Below are positions 42,622 to 51,607 of a stretch of 64,000 nt of DNA, in pieces. The notes below the pieces were generated by a model. It was not told where the DNA came from and ran no database searches. It saw only the letters and a program-made list of their open reading frames with translations. The translations under genes were made by a program, and so were the position numbers. The stretch's first letter is position 1. Each line of letters starts with the position of its first letter. This DNA comes from an uncultured Clostridia bacterium (lineage in GTDB: Bacteria > Bacillota > Clostridia > Oscillospirales > CAG-382): positions 11,579-75,578 of the forward strand of contig CANQTR010000001.1 of NCBI GenBank assembly GCA_947626805.1, written 5' to 3'.

Positions 42622-45600
42622 ATGAAGCGAATCCGGAGACAGATATGCAGTATCCTGCTCTGTGCAACGGTGCTCTTAGGGCTTTGGGTGCCCGGCGTAT
42701 CCGCGTTGGAGGCAGATACCCCGGAGAATCAAATCGGGAATCACTTTGCGGCGGACGACGAAACGGGCGAATTGCCCGACGTGCCCGAACTTGCCGGGGA
42801 AACGTCCAAAAGCTATGCGGACGGCTGGATAAAGACCGATAAAACCATCGCGGCGGGCGAACGCGAAAACGAGTTTCAAATCACGCTGGACGTCCGCACA
42901 AAGGCGGAGATTCGAAACGTCGAACTTTCGGAAGACGCCGCGGTCGTCATCGTGCTCGACCTGTCCGGCAGTATGCAGGAGGAGAATCGGCTGGAAACGG
43001 CGAAGCGTGCGGCGGTAGCGTTTCTCAATCGGTTTGCCGAAACGGAAACCGCGGACGCGCGCCGCAAAATCGCGGTCGTCGGATTCAGCGGACAGCCTTC
43101 TCAAGGCGGCTGGTGGGGCGGACGCGCCGGAATCACCGCGGCAACGACCTATCAAAGCTGGACGGACGCCGCCGACCCCTCTACCGAAGCGAAAATAAAC
43201 GGAATGAGAGCCGAGGGCGGCACCTGTTTGCAAGCCGGGCTGATACTCGCAAAAAACCTGCTGGACAGCGACGCGGTGGCGGACATTTCGAGCAAGCATA
43301 TCGTGGTCCTGACGGACGGACGCCCTACCTATTACCTGACCGACGCGGCGGCGGAAGATACATCGACGCAAGCTATCGGCGCGCCGGAAACGATTCTGGG
43401 GCGCGGCTCGGATACGGACCACAATACCCACACGAAAACCGAGGACACGGCGTGGGCGATTTTGGCGACCGGCGTTAACGTGTACGGCGTTTTTTTGGGC
43501 AATGACAGCGTGAATTGCAACAATCGAGGCTGTAACCTACGCAAAACCGGCGCGGCATGGCTGCGGGAAAATTGCGGATTTATCACCTATGCCGTAGAGA
43601 ACACCGGCGACCTGTCAAACATCTTCGAGGGCATTTCCGAATTGATTGAACTGCAGGCAAAGGCGTGGATTGCCGAAGACCCGCTGGGAGAACTGTTTGA
43701 TTTTGCCGGATTTGTCAAGGCGCCGGCGGACGAAAACGCGTATTTCTACAACGCCGCGGACAGAAAAATCCAATGGAATTTGCGCCTGTCAACGCCGGAC
43801 GAAACGACAGAGGACGGGTTCAGCATCTATCGTCTGACCTATACGGTAAGATTGAATACCCTTGCCCCCGGCTATACGGCAAATCGGTATTACCCGACAA
43901 ACGGGATCACTTCCGTTACCTGGTTGATTGAAAAGAGCACCGAAAGCGGCGTTTCCGAAATCGACAACGGCAACGCGTACTTCAACGTCCCGTCCGCGAA
44001 AGGGTATGCGGCGGATATCTCCTTCCGCAAGACGGACGAAACCGGTCAGCCGCTCGCCGGCGCGAAGTTCGGGCTATATCACGGGGAAACCCTGCTGGCT
44101 GTCGCCGTTTCGGGCGACGACGGCACGGTCCTGTTTGAAGCCGTGCCGTCGGGACATTCCTATACGATTCTGGAGGAATCCGCGCCGGAAGGGTTTCTCG
44201 CAAGCACGGAAAGCTATCCCGTCGAGGTCGCCTACGGGAATCTGATTGGCACAATCGGCGAGGAGAATACGGTCATCAATGTTCCCGCAAAAAGCTATGG
44301 CGGTCTGACCGTATCGAAAACCGTATCCGGCGCGGGCGCGAACCCGGAGGACGAATTCACCTTCACCGTGACGCTCGACGATACGGGAATCACGGGAACC
44401 TACGGGGATTTGACGTTTACGGACGGTGTCTCCGTCTTTGTCCTGAAAGACGGCGAACGCGTGACCGCGTCCGGGCTCCCTGCGGGAACCGGTTACACCG
44501 TGACGGAAAGCGAAAGCAAGGGCTACGCCGTAACCGTAAACGGGGAAAGCACGGATTCCGTGACCGGAACCGTCGAAACGGATACCCTTGCGGAAATCGC
44601 GTTTGACAATTACAAAGCGGAGGACCCGGTCCCGCCGACCATCGATATCGCCATCACGAAAACCGTTTTGGCGACCGGGGACCGTATCCCCGCTTGGGAA
44701 AACACCTTCGGATTTGTCGTGTCGAAAAAATTGCCGGAGGAGACCGGCGAAGCGGACGTCTTAGCGGCGCCGCGAATCACCCTTGTCGGCACGGGGACAG
44801 ACAGCGTAGCGCACGGATTTGACGACCTGGATTTCGCCGGGAACGACACCGTGACCTTCTATGTATGGGAAGCGCCCGGCTATGAAACGTTTTGGAAGTA
44901 CGACGATACGGTATACCGGGTAACCTTCACAAAAAATCCGGAAACCGGCGACGTAAGCCGGGCGTACGAAAAAATCGTCGGCAATGACGACGGGACGAGC
45001 TTTGAACCGGTTGACGAGCTTACATTCACGAACGTGTATCATTACGAAGACCAACCGATTATCGGCACAAACGGCGGCGATTTGACGATTTCGAAAACCG
45101 TGTCAAGGGGCGACCGGGAGAAAGCATTCCCGTTCACCGTGACGCTGGACGACCCGGACGTGAATGGCGCGTATGGCGATATGGTCTTTACCGACGGCGT
45201 CGCCGTTGTGTATTTGAAGGACGGGGAAAGCGCCACCGCCGAGGAATTGCCCGCCGATGTAGGCTATACGGTTCGGGAGGGCGACAACGACGGCTACACG
45301 GTAACGGTCAACGGGACGGACAGCGCGATTGCGGAAGGCAATATCATCGAGAATGAAACCGTATTCGCGGCTTTCGACAATGCGAAAGATATCGAACCCC
45401 TCCCCGAAACCGGTTCCCTCACGGTGGAGAAATATATCCATGACGACGACCGGGATACGGTAGACAAAGCGTTTACTTTTGCGGTGACGCTGACGCAAGC
45501 GGACGATACGGTACTGAACGGGGAGGAACTTCCTGCCGTGAAGTACGGCAAAAACGGCGCCGAGGAGGAAGCCTTTCGGCTCGATTGGGAGAAAACCGCC

Positions 45601-45999
45601 GACGGGAAGAGTCTGACCGCCGCCTTTCCGCTGAAGCACGGCGAAAAGGTCGTCATAAACGGCATTCCCTACGGCACGGCTTACAAGGTCGCGGAAACCG
45701 ACACCGCCGGGTATCACCTGGAACACGTCGCGGACAACCCGGACGACAAACCCGGCGAGGACGGCAGGTATCTCGTCGTCGACCGCACCGACAACAGCGT
45801 AAACGGGATTGTCACAAAGGACGACGAGGCGTATCGGTTCTTCAGCAATGCGAAACCGCCTGTCATGCCCGTAACCGGCGACTTCGGCGTGTGGATATTC
45901 TATACGCTCGGCGCTGTCTCCCTGCTCATTTCCTTTGTGGCTTTCGCCGGTCTCCTCAAAAAAACGCGCCGCTCATATCGCGCAAAGAAAACGCCTTAA
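42622..45999 (+). CDS. cell-surface adhesin: signal peptide, vWA domain, Cna-B/SpaA-type domains, LPxTG-like sorting signal
   Basis: ORF trimmed to MKRIRRQICSILLCATVLLGLWVPGVSA. MIDAS motif VVIVLDLSGSM. Cna-B-like block FRKTDETGQPLAGAKFGLYHGE...YTILEESAPEGF. C-terminal MPVTG (45865-45879) plus a TM helix and KKTRRSYRAKK. Confidence 0.85.
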   Translation: MKRIRRQICSILLCATVLLGLWVPGVSALEADTPENQIGNHFAADDETGELPDVPELAGETSKSYADGWIKTDKTIAAGERENEFQITLDVRTKAEIRNVELSEDAAVVIVLDLSGSMQEENRLETAKRAAVAFLNRFAETETADARRKIAVVGFSGQPSQGGWWGGRAGITAATTYQSWTDAADPSTEAKINGMRAEGGTCLQAGLILAKNLLDSDAVADISSKHIVVLTDGRPTYYLTDAAAEDTSTQAIGAPETILGRGSDTDHNTHTKTEDTAWAILATGVNVYGVFLGNDSVNCNNRGCNLRKTGAAWLRENCGFITYAVENTGDLSNIFEGISELIELQAKAWIAEDPLGELFDFAGFVKAPADENAYFYNAADRKIQWNLRLSTPDETTEDGFSIYRLTYTVRLNTLAPGYTANRYYPTNGITSVTWLIEKSTESGVSEIDNGNAYFNVPSAKGYAADISFRKTDETGQPLAGAKFGLYHGETLLAVAVSGDDGTVLFEAVPSGHSYTILEESAPEGFLASTESYPVEVAYGNLIGTIGEENTVINVPAKSYGGLTVSKTVSGAGANPEDEFTFTVTLDDTGITGTYGDLTFTDGVSVFVLKDGERVTASGLPAGTGYTVTESESKGYAVTVNGESTDSVTGTVETDTLAEIAFDNYKAEDPVPPTIDIAITKTVLATGDRIPAWENTFGFVVSKKLPEETGEADVLAAPRITLVGTGTDSVAHGFDDLDFAGNDTVTFYVWEAPGYETFWKYDDTVYRVTFTKNPETGDVSRAYEKIVGNDDGTSFEPVDELTFTNVYHYEDQPIIGTNGGDLTISKTVSRGDREKAFPFTVTLDDPDVNGAYGDMVFTDGVAVVYLKDGESATAEELPADVGYTVREGDNDGYTVTVNGTDSAIAEGNIIENETVFAAFDNAKDIEPLPETGSLTVEKYIHDDDRDTVDKAFTFAVTLTQADDTVLNGEELPAVKYGKNGAEEEAFRLDWEKTADGKSLTAAFPLKHGEKVVINGIPYGTAYKVAETDTAGYHLEHVADNPDDKPGEDGRYLVVDRTDNSVNGIVTKDDEAYRFFSNAKPPVMPVTGDFGVWIFYTLGAVSLLISFVAFAGLLKKTRRSYRAKKTP
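44299..45726 (+). repeat. three paralogous 81-105-aa domain repeats inside the adhesin gene
   Basis: Copies at 44299-44544 (GGLTVSKTVSG...FTFTVTLDDTGITGTYGDLTFTDG...GYAVTVNG) and 45073-45315 (GGDLTISKTVS...FPFTVTLDDPDVNGAYGDMVFTDG...GYTVTVNG). A divergent third copy is at 45412-45726. Confidence 0.8.
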
Positions 46000-46042
46000 A
46001 TACGCGTATCAAATCCGCCGAAAATGCGAAAGGACATGCGAA

Positions 46043-46306
46043 ATGGATTCTTTACTGTATTTTATTCTGGGCATTCTGCTTGGCGTCACGGTTGCCCTTT
46101 TCGTTTCTGCAGTAGCGTCGGCACGGCGCATTTCGCGTCATGCGCGCACCCCCGAAAAACGGCGTCGGCAGATTAAACGTCCGCAAATCCCGCCGGTGGA
46201 AATCCCCCGGAAACGGTTCCTCGGCGCCGACCTTTGCGTATGTTGCGGAGAGCCGGTTCCCGAAGGGCAGATGGTTTGCACCCATTGCGTCAAGGACAAC
46301 CCGTAG
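46043..46306 (+). CDS. small membrane-anchored zinc-ribbon protein
   Basis: MDSLLYFILGILLGVTVALFVSAV TM helix, a basic linker, then CVCCGEPVPEGQMVCTHC. Confidence 0.5.
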   Translation: MDSLLYFILGILLGVTVALFVSAVASARRISRHARTPEKRRRQIKRPQIPPVEIPRKRFLGADLCVCCGEPVPEGQMVCTHCVKDNP

Positions 46307-46342
46307 AAACGTTGCGCGTAGCATCGGCAGGCACAGCCTTTT

Positions 46343-46378
46343 CCGTACGGTTCTTTCTCTCTCGGAACCGTATTTTTC
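46343..46378 (+). terminator. rho-independent terminator
   Basis: TACGGTTC ... GAACCGTA followed by TTTTTC. Confidence 0.6.
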
Positions 46379-46423
46379 GAAACCTCTGCACCGGCAACCC
46401 GCAAAATTTGCGTCGCGGGGAAC

Positions 46424-46466
46424 AAGGCAGCAACCCGAATCGGAACCCGACTCGGGTTGCTGCCTT
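46424..46466 (+). terminator. second, very stable hairpin (15-bp perfect stem)
   Basis: AAGGCAGCAACCCGA - 13-nt loop - TCGGGTTGCTGCCTT, followed by TTCC. Confidence 0.5.
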
Positions 46467-46607
46467 TTCCGGAACGGAGAACCGCTGCAAAGGATGGTTC
46501 AATCCCCTTGACTTTTTACATTTTTTATACTGTAAGCAAAGATAAGACTTGCTTTTTCCGGCTGTGCGACAGGAAGCCAACTGCAATACAAGGGAGGATG
46601 CGGAAAA

Positions 46608-47064
46608 ATGTCTGTAACGAAATTAGCGCCGGTCAGTCTCGCCATGTTTTACGGAGCAAACCGGGACTTTGCCAACGCGTTCAGCGTTCGGGTGACGCTG
46701 AAAAACCCGGTGGAACCGGAGCCTTTGCGGCGGGCTTTGGACAAGGCGATGACGCGCTACCCCTATTTCGCCGTGCGCCTGCAGATTCGGGGCGAGGCGC
46801 TGGTATTGGAGGACAACCCCCTGCCCGTGTCCATCGTGAAGGGACCGGAACCTGCCAAACTCAACACGGCACAGTCCAACTACCATCTGGTGGGGGGTGA
46901 GCTACGAGCGTACGAGCGTGGTATTCGGCGCGTTTCACGCCCTGACCGACGGCGCCGGGGCGTTTCACTGGATCAAAACGGTCCGCTACTATTTTGGGAG
47001 CCGGTCATGCGGGAGAACGCGGAAAACATCGCCTCCGTCTATCTGTGTACGGAAACCGGGCTGA
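46608..47064 (+). pseudogene. N-terminal remnant of an HxxxDG condensation/acyltransferase-family gene, frameshifted in a G6 run and truncated
   Basis: MSVTKLAPVSLAMFYGANRDF...NYHLVG runs in frame 1. After the G run (46892-46897) the +1 frame reads VSYERTSVVFGAFHALTDGAGAFHWIKTVRYYF and then hits TGA at 47062-47064. Confidence 0.7.
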
Positions 47065-49064
47065 TGTTGAATTACGACGAGCGCGCCGACCTTGCCCCGG
47101 ACGATTGGGATTACACGGCGGCCTCCTGGTATGGGCTTGCCAAAACGACGGACGATGTGATTTTCACCACGCCCTATATGGACGCCTTCGGGCGCGGCTT
47201 AATGCTCACTTGCGCCGCTCCCGTTTATGACGGCGCGAATCGCTTTGTCGGCGTGGTCGCCCTCGACATGATGGTGGCGGACCTGAGCAAAACGGTGCTG
47301 GATATCGATTTCGGCCCCGGTTCCTACGGCTTTCTCGTCGATCAAGCGGGGGATATCATCGTTTCGCCGAACATGGAGTACGACGGAACCTTTCAAAAGG
47401 TCAGCGATGCGGATTGCCCCGCGCATGAGGCGGCGGACAGCATTCTGAGCGGTCAAAACGGCGTGACGGCGGTCTCGGACGACATCTATTACGCCTATGC
47501 GCCCATTGCCGCCGCCGACTGGACGCTCGTGATTCATATGCTGGCGGACATGGTGACCGAGCCGGCGGAAAATATCCGCGAAAACATCGCTTTGCGCACC
47601 GACGGCACGGCCGATACCATCGACAGGAGTATCCTGCACACCGGGCTGATTTCCCTCGCGGTCTTTGTCGTCATCGTGGGGGTCGTCGTCGCGCTGAGCG
47701 GCTCGTTTTCCCGTAGGCTCACGGGTCCGCTGCTGGAGTTGCGCGAGGACGTCGAACACATCAGCGGCGGCGAGATCACCCGTCAGGCGACGGTGCGTCA
47801 AAATGACGAAATCGGGGATTTGGCGGCGGCTTTCAACGCCATGGCCGGCGCGCTCGACTGCTATATCCGCGATTTGACGGCGATGACGGCGGAAAAAGAG
47901 CGTATCGGCGCGGAACTTGACGTCGCCACGCATATTCAAGCGTCGATGCTGCCCTGCATCTTCCCGCCCTTCCCGAATCGCGAAGAGTTTGACATTTTCG
48001 CCTCTATGGACCCCGCCAAAGAGGTGGGCGGCGATTTTTATGACTTTTTCCTGGTGGACGACACGCACCTCGCCGTGGTGGTCGCGGACGTGTCCGGCAA
48101 AGGCGTACCGGCGGCGCTCTTTATGGTCATCGGCAAGACCCTCATCAAGGACCACACCACCCCCGGCAAGGATTTGGGGGAAGTGTTCATGGAAGTGAAT
48201 CGACTGCTTTGCGAAGGAAACGCCGAGGAGATGTTCATCACCGCCTTTGAGGGCGTGCTGGACCTCGAAACGGGGGAATTGCGCTTTGTCAACGCCGGTC
48301 ATGAAACGCCCTTTCTCTGCCGGGCGGGCGGACAGTATGAGCCCTATCGAATCCGCGCCGGTTTTGTGCTCGCCGGTATGGAAAACACCCGCTACAAAAT
48401 GGGAAGCGTCATGCTGCAGCCGGGCGATAAGCTCTTCCAATATACGGACGGCGTGACCGAAGCCACCAACGAAGAAAACGAACTCTACGGCAGTCGGCGG
48501 CTTGCGGACGTTCTGAACCGAAACGCCGACGCCGCGCCCGACGTGCTGATTCCCGCGGTAAAAACGGACATCGACGCCTTTGTCGGCACGTCCCCCCAAT
48601 TTGATGACATCACCATGCTCTCTTTGGAATTTCGGAAAAAGATGCGGCTTTCGAATCCCGATGAACTGACCGTAGCGGCGGTGACCGAAAACATTCCCCG
48701 CGTCACGGCTTTCGTGGAGGAACGGCTGGAGGCGCTGGGTTGCCCGGTCAAGGTCAGAGCGCTGATGAGCGTTGCGGTCGATGAACTTTTCGGCAATATC
48801 GCCCATTACGCCTATGACGACGTCACGGGTTCGGCTACGGTGCGGGTGCGCATGGAAGAAACGCTCGCGGCGGCGTGCGTCACCTTCCTCGACCGCGGAA
48901 AGCCCTATGATCCCCTTACCAAACCCGACCCCGACGTCACCCTCTCCGCCGAAGAGCGCCCGATTGGCGGTCTCGGCATTTTCATGGTGAAAAAGACCAT
49001 GGACGCGATGACCTACGAGTACAAAGACGGTCAAAATATTGTGACAATCAAGAAAAACTGCTGA
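47007..49064 (+). CDS. Cache - TM - HAMP - SpoIIE/PP2C phosphatase - HATPase(RsbW-like) sensor protein, N-terminally truncated; the frame is open back to 46608
   Basis: dCache-like WYGLAKTTDDVIFTTPYMDAFGRGLMLTCAAPVY...GVVALDM. TM helix ISLAVFVVIVGVVVAL. HAMP region. SpoIIE motifs ATHIQASMLP...EVGGDFYDFF...VVADVSGKGVPAALFM...NAGHETPF...YTDGVTEA. C-terminal IGGLGIFMVKKTMD. Confidence 0.8.
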   Translation: MRENAENIASVYLCTETGLMLNYDERADLAPDDWDYTAASWYGLAKTTDDVIFTTPYMDAFGRGLMLTCAAPVYDGANRFVGVVALDMMVADLSKTVLDIDFGPGSYGFLVDQAGDIIVSPNMEYDGTFQKVSDADCPAHEAADSILSGQNGVTAVSDDIYYAYAPIAAADWTLVIHMLADMVTEPAENIRENIALRTDGTADTIDRSILHTGLISLAVFVVIVGVVVALSGSFSRRLTGPLLELREDVEHISGGEITRQATVRQNDEIGDLAAAFNAMAGALDCYIRDLTAMTAEKERIGAELDVATHIQASMLPCIFPPFPNREEFDIFASMDPAKEVGGDFYDFFLVDDTHLAVVVADVSGKGVPAALFMVIGKTLIKDHTTPGKDLGEVFMEVNRLLCEGNAEEMFITAFEGVLDLETGELRFVNAGHETPFLCRAGGQYEPYRIRAGFVLAGMENTRYKMGSVMLQPGDKLFQYTDGVTEATNEENELYGSRRLADVLNRNADAAPDVLIPAVKTDIDAFVGTSPQFDDITMLSLEFRKKMRLSNPDELTVAAVTENIPRVTAFVEERLEALGCPVKVRALMSVAVDELFGNIAHYAYDDVTGSATVRVRMEETLAAACVTFLDRGKPYDPLTKPDPDVTLSAEERPIGGLGIFMVKKTMDAMTYEYKDGQNIVTIKKNC

Positions 49065-49082
49065 CTTGTGCCCGCCACGCGA

Positions 49083-49130
49083 AAAAAGCACCCCCGGGAG
49101 CGCAAACGCTTCCGAACGGGTGCTTTTTCT
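49083..49130 (+). terminator. terminator-like hairpin with long loop
   Basis: AAAAAGCACCC - 24-nt loop - GGGTGCTTTTT, followed by CTT. Confidence 0.45.
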
Positions 49131-49273
49131 TCTGCTCACAAATACCATTTCATGGTTCGGCGTCAAAACAGTGCTAGGGGGAAAGCACTCGAAGGTACAA
49201 GCGTTGCATGTGGTCAAAACGATTGAGAAGGAACTGTCTTCTATTTCAACCCCCTAGATTGTGTCGTGGCGAG

Positions 49274-49600
49274 ATGAGATTTGCACGAAAGCGAAAACTC
49301 ATCTCAATTCTTGCGGCCGCGATTCCCAAGGGCGTACCCGTTTACTTTTGGGGAGATATTGATCTTGGCGGCTTTCAAATGTTTTCGCACCTGCAGCATC
49401 TAATCCCGGCGTTACAGCCAATAAAAATGACGGGAGAAGACGTTGCAACGTTCCACGAAACAGGTCTTGTTCGTCCCTCCGCCTATTTAGAAAAAATGAA
49501 AGTGGCGTTAGAGGAGAACAAGTATCCCCTATTTTCAGATGCAATCAACGAAATGATAAAATATGGTGTGACAATCGAACAGGAAGTATTTCTTCAATAA
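49274..49600 (+). pseudogene. C-terminal fragment of a JetD/DUF2220-like (Wadjet, Toprim-fold) gene
   Basis: VPVYFWGDIDLGGFQMFSHLQHLIP...IKMTGEDV matches the YWGDID-x-GF signature of the JetD C-terminal domain. Only about 108 codons remain, and no jetA/B/C is nearby. Confidence 0.55.
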
Positions 49601-50026
49601 AAAACACGTAGGCGAATCTTTCGGTTCGATATTAGCACAAGGACAGGTACTACAGCGAAAACACGCCCCTCGCGTGCGACCACAGCTGAGATTTCACACG
49701 CCCGGTGAACTTCCGAAAGCAGAAATTGCCGAAGAAGAGAAACGCCCGAAAACGAAAACCCGTGTCGTAAAATATCAAAATTTGCGCCGCAATAAACAAA
49801 GAAATGGGCAGAAAAAACGCCTTCGGAACGATTGTCCCGGAGGCGTTTGTGCGCGACGCATGGATTCGAAGCGCATATTCGAGCATCGCCAAAAAGAAGG
49901 CGCCTTAGAACGAAACAAATCCTGTTTTTGGCACGACTTTTCGAATCACCGGACTTTTGAAACGCATCAATCGGTTTTGGAGAGAAAAATATGATTTGTT
50001 AGGAAATTGTCAAAAATAAACCGCGC

Positions 50027-50683
50027 TCACTTCCTACTGTTGTTGTCCTCCTCAATCTTTTTGCCCCAATCGACGGCAATTGATTCGTCGCGACGGAGCA
50101 TTCCGACTGTTGCAGATACCGTTTCGTACAGCACTTGCGTGCCCTGCTTATCGGCGCGGTAGTTGACCGCCCGATCTCGACCGATGCCGATATTTTTAGC
50201 GGTCTCTACCGCATCGATGTTTGCGCCGATAAAGAGGAACTCCCAGCCGTACTGCTCCTTTTTCCGCTCAATCATCTTCTTCACTTCTTCGCTGGAATAG
50301 CGATGACTTGCGTTCTCCATGCCATCGGTGGTGATAACGAACATCGTGTGTGCCGGCACGTCCTCCGGACGGGCGTATTTGTGGATGTTCGCGATGTGGT
50401 GGATTGCCCCGCCGATGGCGTCGATGAGCGCCGTGCAGCCACGGACGGTGTAGTCCGCTTCGGTCATTTTCGGCACGTCCTTCAAGGGAATGCGGTCGTG
50501 CAGAACCTCGCTGACGTTGTCAAAGAGAACCGTGGAAACGTAGCACACGCCGTCCTCCTTGCGTTGCTTCTCAATCAGCGCATTGAAGCCGCCGATGGTG
50601 TCACTTTCCAACCCCGCCATAGAACCGCTGCGGTCAAGGATGAATACCAACTCCGTTGTATTGTTTTTCTTTTCGTTTTTCAT
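50027..50683 (-). CDS. standalone von Willebrand factor A domain protein
   Basis: MIDAS residues LVFILDRSGSM ... GCTAL ... ITTDGMEN. 218 aa, with no signal peptide. Confidence 0.85.
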   Translation of the reverse strand: MKNEKKNNTTELVFILDRSGSMAGLESDTIGGFNALIEKQRKEDGVCYVSTVLFDNVSEVLHDRIPLKDVPKMTEADYTVRGCTALIDAIGGAIHHIANIHKYARPEDVPAHTMFVITTDGMENASHRYSSEEVKKMIERKKEQYGWEFLFIGANIDAVETAKNIGIGRDRAVNYRADKQGTQVLYETVSATVGMLRRDESIAVDWGKKIEEDNNSRK

Positions 50684-50902
50684 TTGAAATCCCTCCGTTA
50701 AAATCTTTTGCCTTTCGACCTTGTGACTTTATTATACGGATTTTATTGGAGGGATTGGTCGCTTTCAATGCGACAAAACGGCATTATGATTTTTGCAAAG
50801 GGAGAAACATCTTTTCAAATGCGTCTGATTCTTTAGGAATATACTTTTTGATAGTAGAATCAATCGGCAGCCCATCCATACTTGAAGCCGGCAATTTGAA
50901 TT

Positions 50903-51605
50903 TCAATCGAGATAGATTCTTTTATAGTCATAATAGGTTGCTGCATCATCTGCACTTCCCGGAACGTCTTCATAGTCTATTTTAAAACGCTTACCCGTCG
51001 TCAAATCGTAAAAGATTCTATCCCCTTTAAAAACATAATACACATGGTTGGCTAAACAGTAGGTGGAGTTGTCAATCACGCGAAAATGTAGGTGCCCCGT
51101 CCATGCAGCGATTATTTTGTCGTCCAGCGCCGCCGCTTCCTTCGGTTTTTCAAGTACGGGCGGCATCGCTCGCGATCATGAAAAAGGCTTCCGCGCCCTT
51201 GGCGGCGGTCACCAGATGAAAGACGGCGTCGTATCCGTCCCGCAGTTCCACTTCGGTCGTGCCGAGGGACGCGAGAATGCGGGAAAATTCCGGCTCGTCC
51301 ATGTACGCTTTATTGTCCAGCGCCCCGCGGTCACAGACAATCAGCACCTTGTCTGCCGGCATCGTGGAGGCGGCTTGCGAAAAGATGGCTTCCTTTTCCA
51401 CCTGCAGCCGCACCTGACACGTTTGATAGTCCGCGTTTGTGCCGCAAGTCCACGGCGCGACGCCGCCCGTAATCAGCTCGGTCGCCGTTTCCGGCACGAA
51501 AAGCACGGTATAGCCGAGCTCGGTAAAAGCGTTTTGCATTCAGCTCCTGGCGGCGGACTTTCCGGCACACGGACCTCACGTGATGACGATTTTTGAAATC
51601 TGCAT
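50903..51605 (-). pseudogene. AAA_28/NadR-kinase-like P-loop NTPase gene carrying two in-frame TGA codons, one frameshift and a replaced C-terminus
   Basis: The minus strand from ATG 51605 reads MQISKIVIT-TGA-GPCAGKSAARS-TGA-MQNAFTELGYTVLFVPE...DRGALDNKAY...FHLVTAAKGAEAFF. A frameshift near 51160 is followed by EAAALDDKIIAAWTGHLHFRVIDNST and then unrelated sequence. Confidence 0.7.
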
Positions 51606-51607
51606 TT

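Noticed and set aside
47199-49217. A 672-aa minus-strand ORF antisense to the SpoIIE sensor gene. Similar antisense ORFs lie at 18494..19720(-), 19730..20674(-), 35983..37314(+) and 37345..38556(+).
   Set aside because: No motifs, and the composition is typical of GC-rich shadow frames. In every case the sense strand carries unmistakable domain motifs.
49208-49600. An intact Wadjet (JetABCD) system.
   Set aside because: Only a JetD C-terminal fragment of about 108 codons is present. No SMC-like JetC, kleisin-like JetA or JetB is found in the flanks.
49650-49994. Small ORFs 49650..49892(-) and 49674..49994(+) in the gap between the JetD fragment and the vWA gene.
   Set aside because: They overlap each other on opposite strands, have no SD or motif, and one is Lys/Arg-rich low complexity. 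They are possibly relics and are not supportable as genes.
51520-51605. In-frame TGA codons read as recoding (glycine code 25, or selenocysteine).
   Set aside because: TGA clearly terminates many well-supported genes in this window, for example the helicase at 11496-11498, the adhesin-region kinases and the DUF1893 gene. No SECIS-like hairpin follows either codon. The same gene also has a frameshift and a replaced C-terminus, so pseudogenisation is the simpler explanation.
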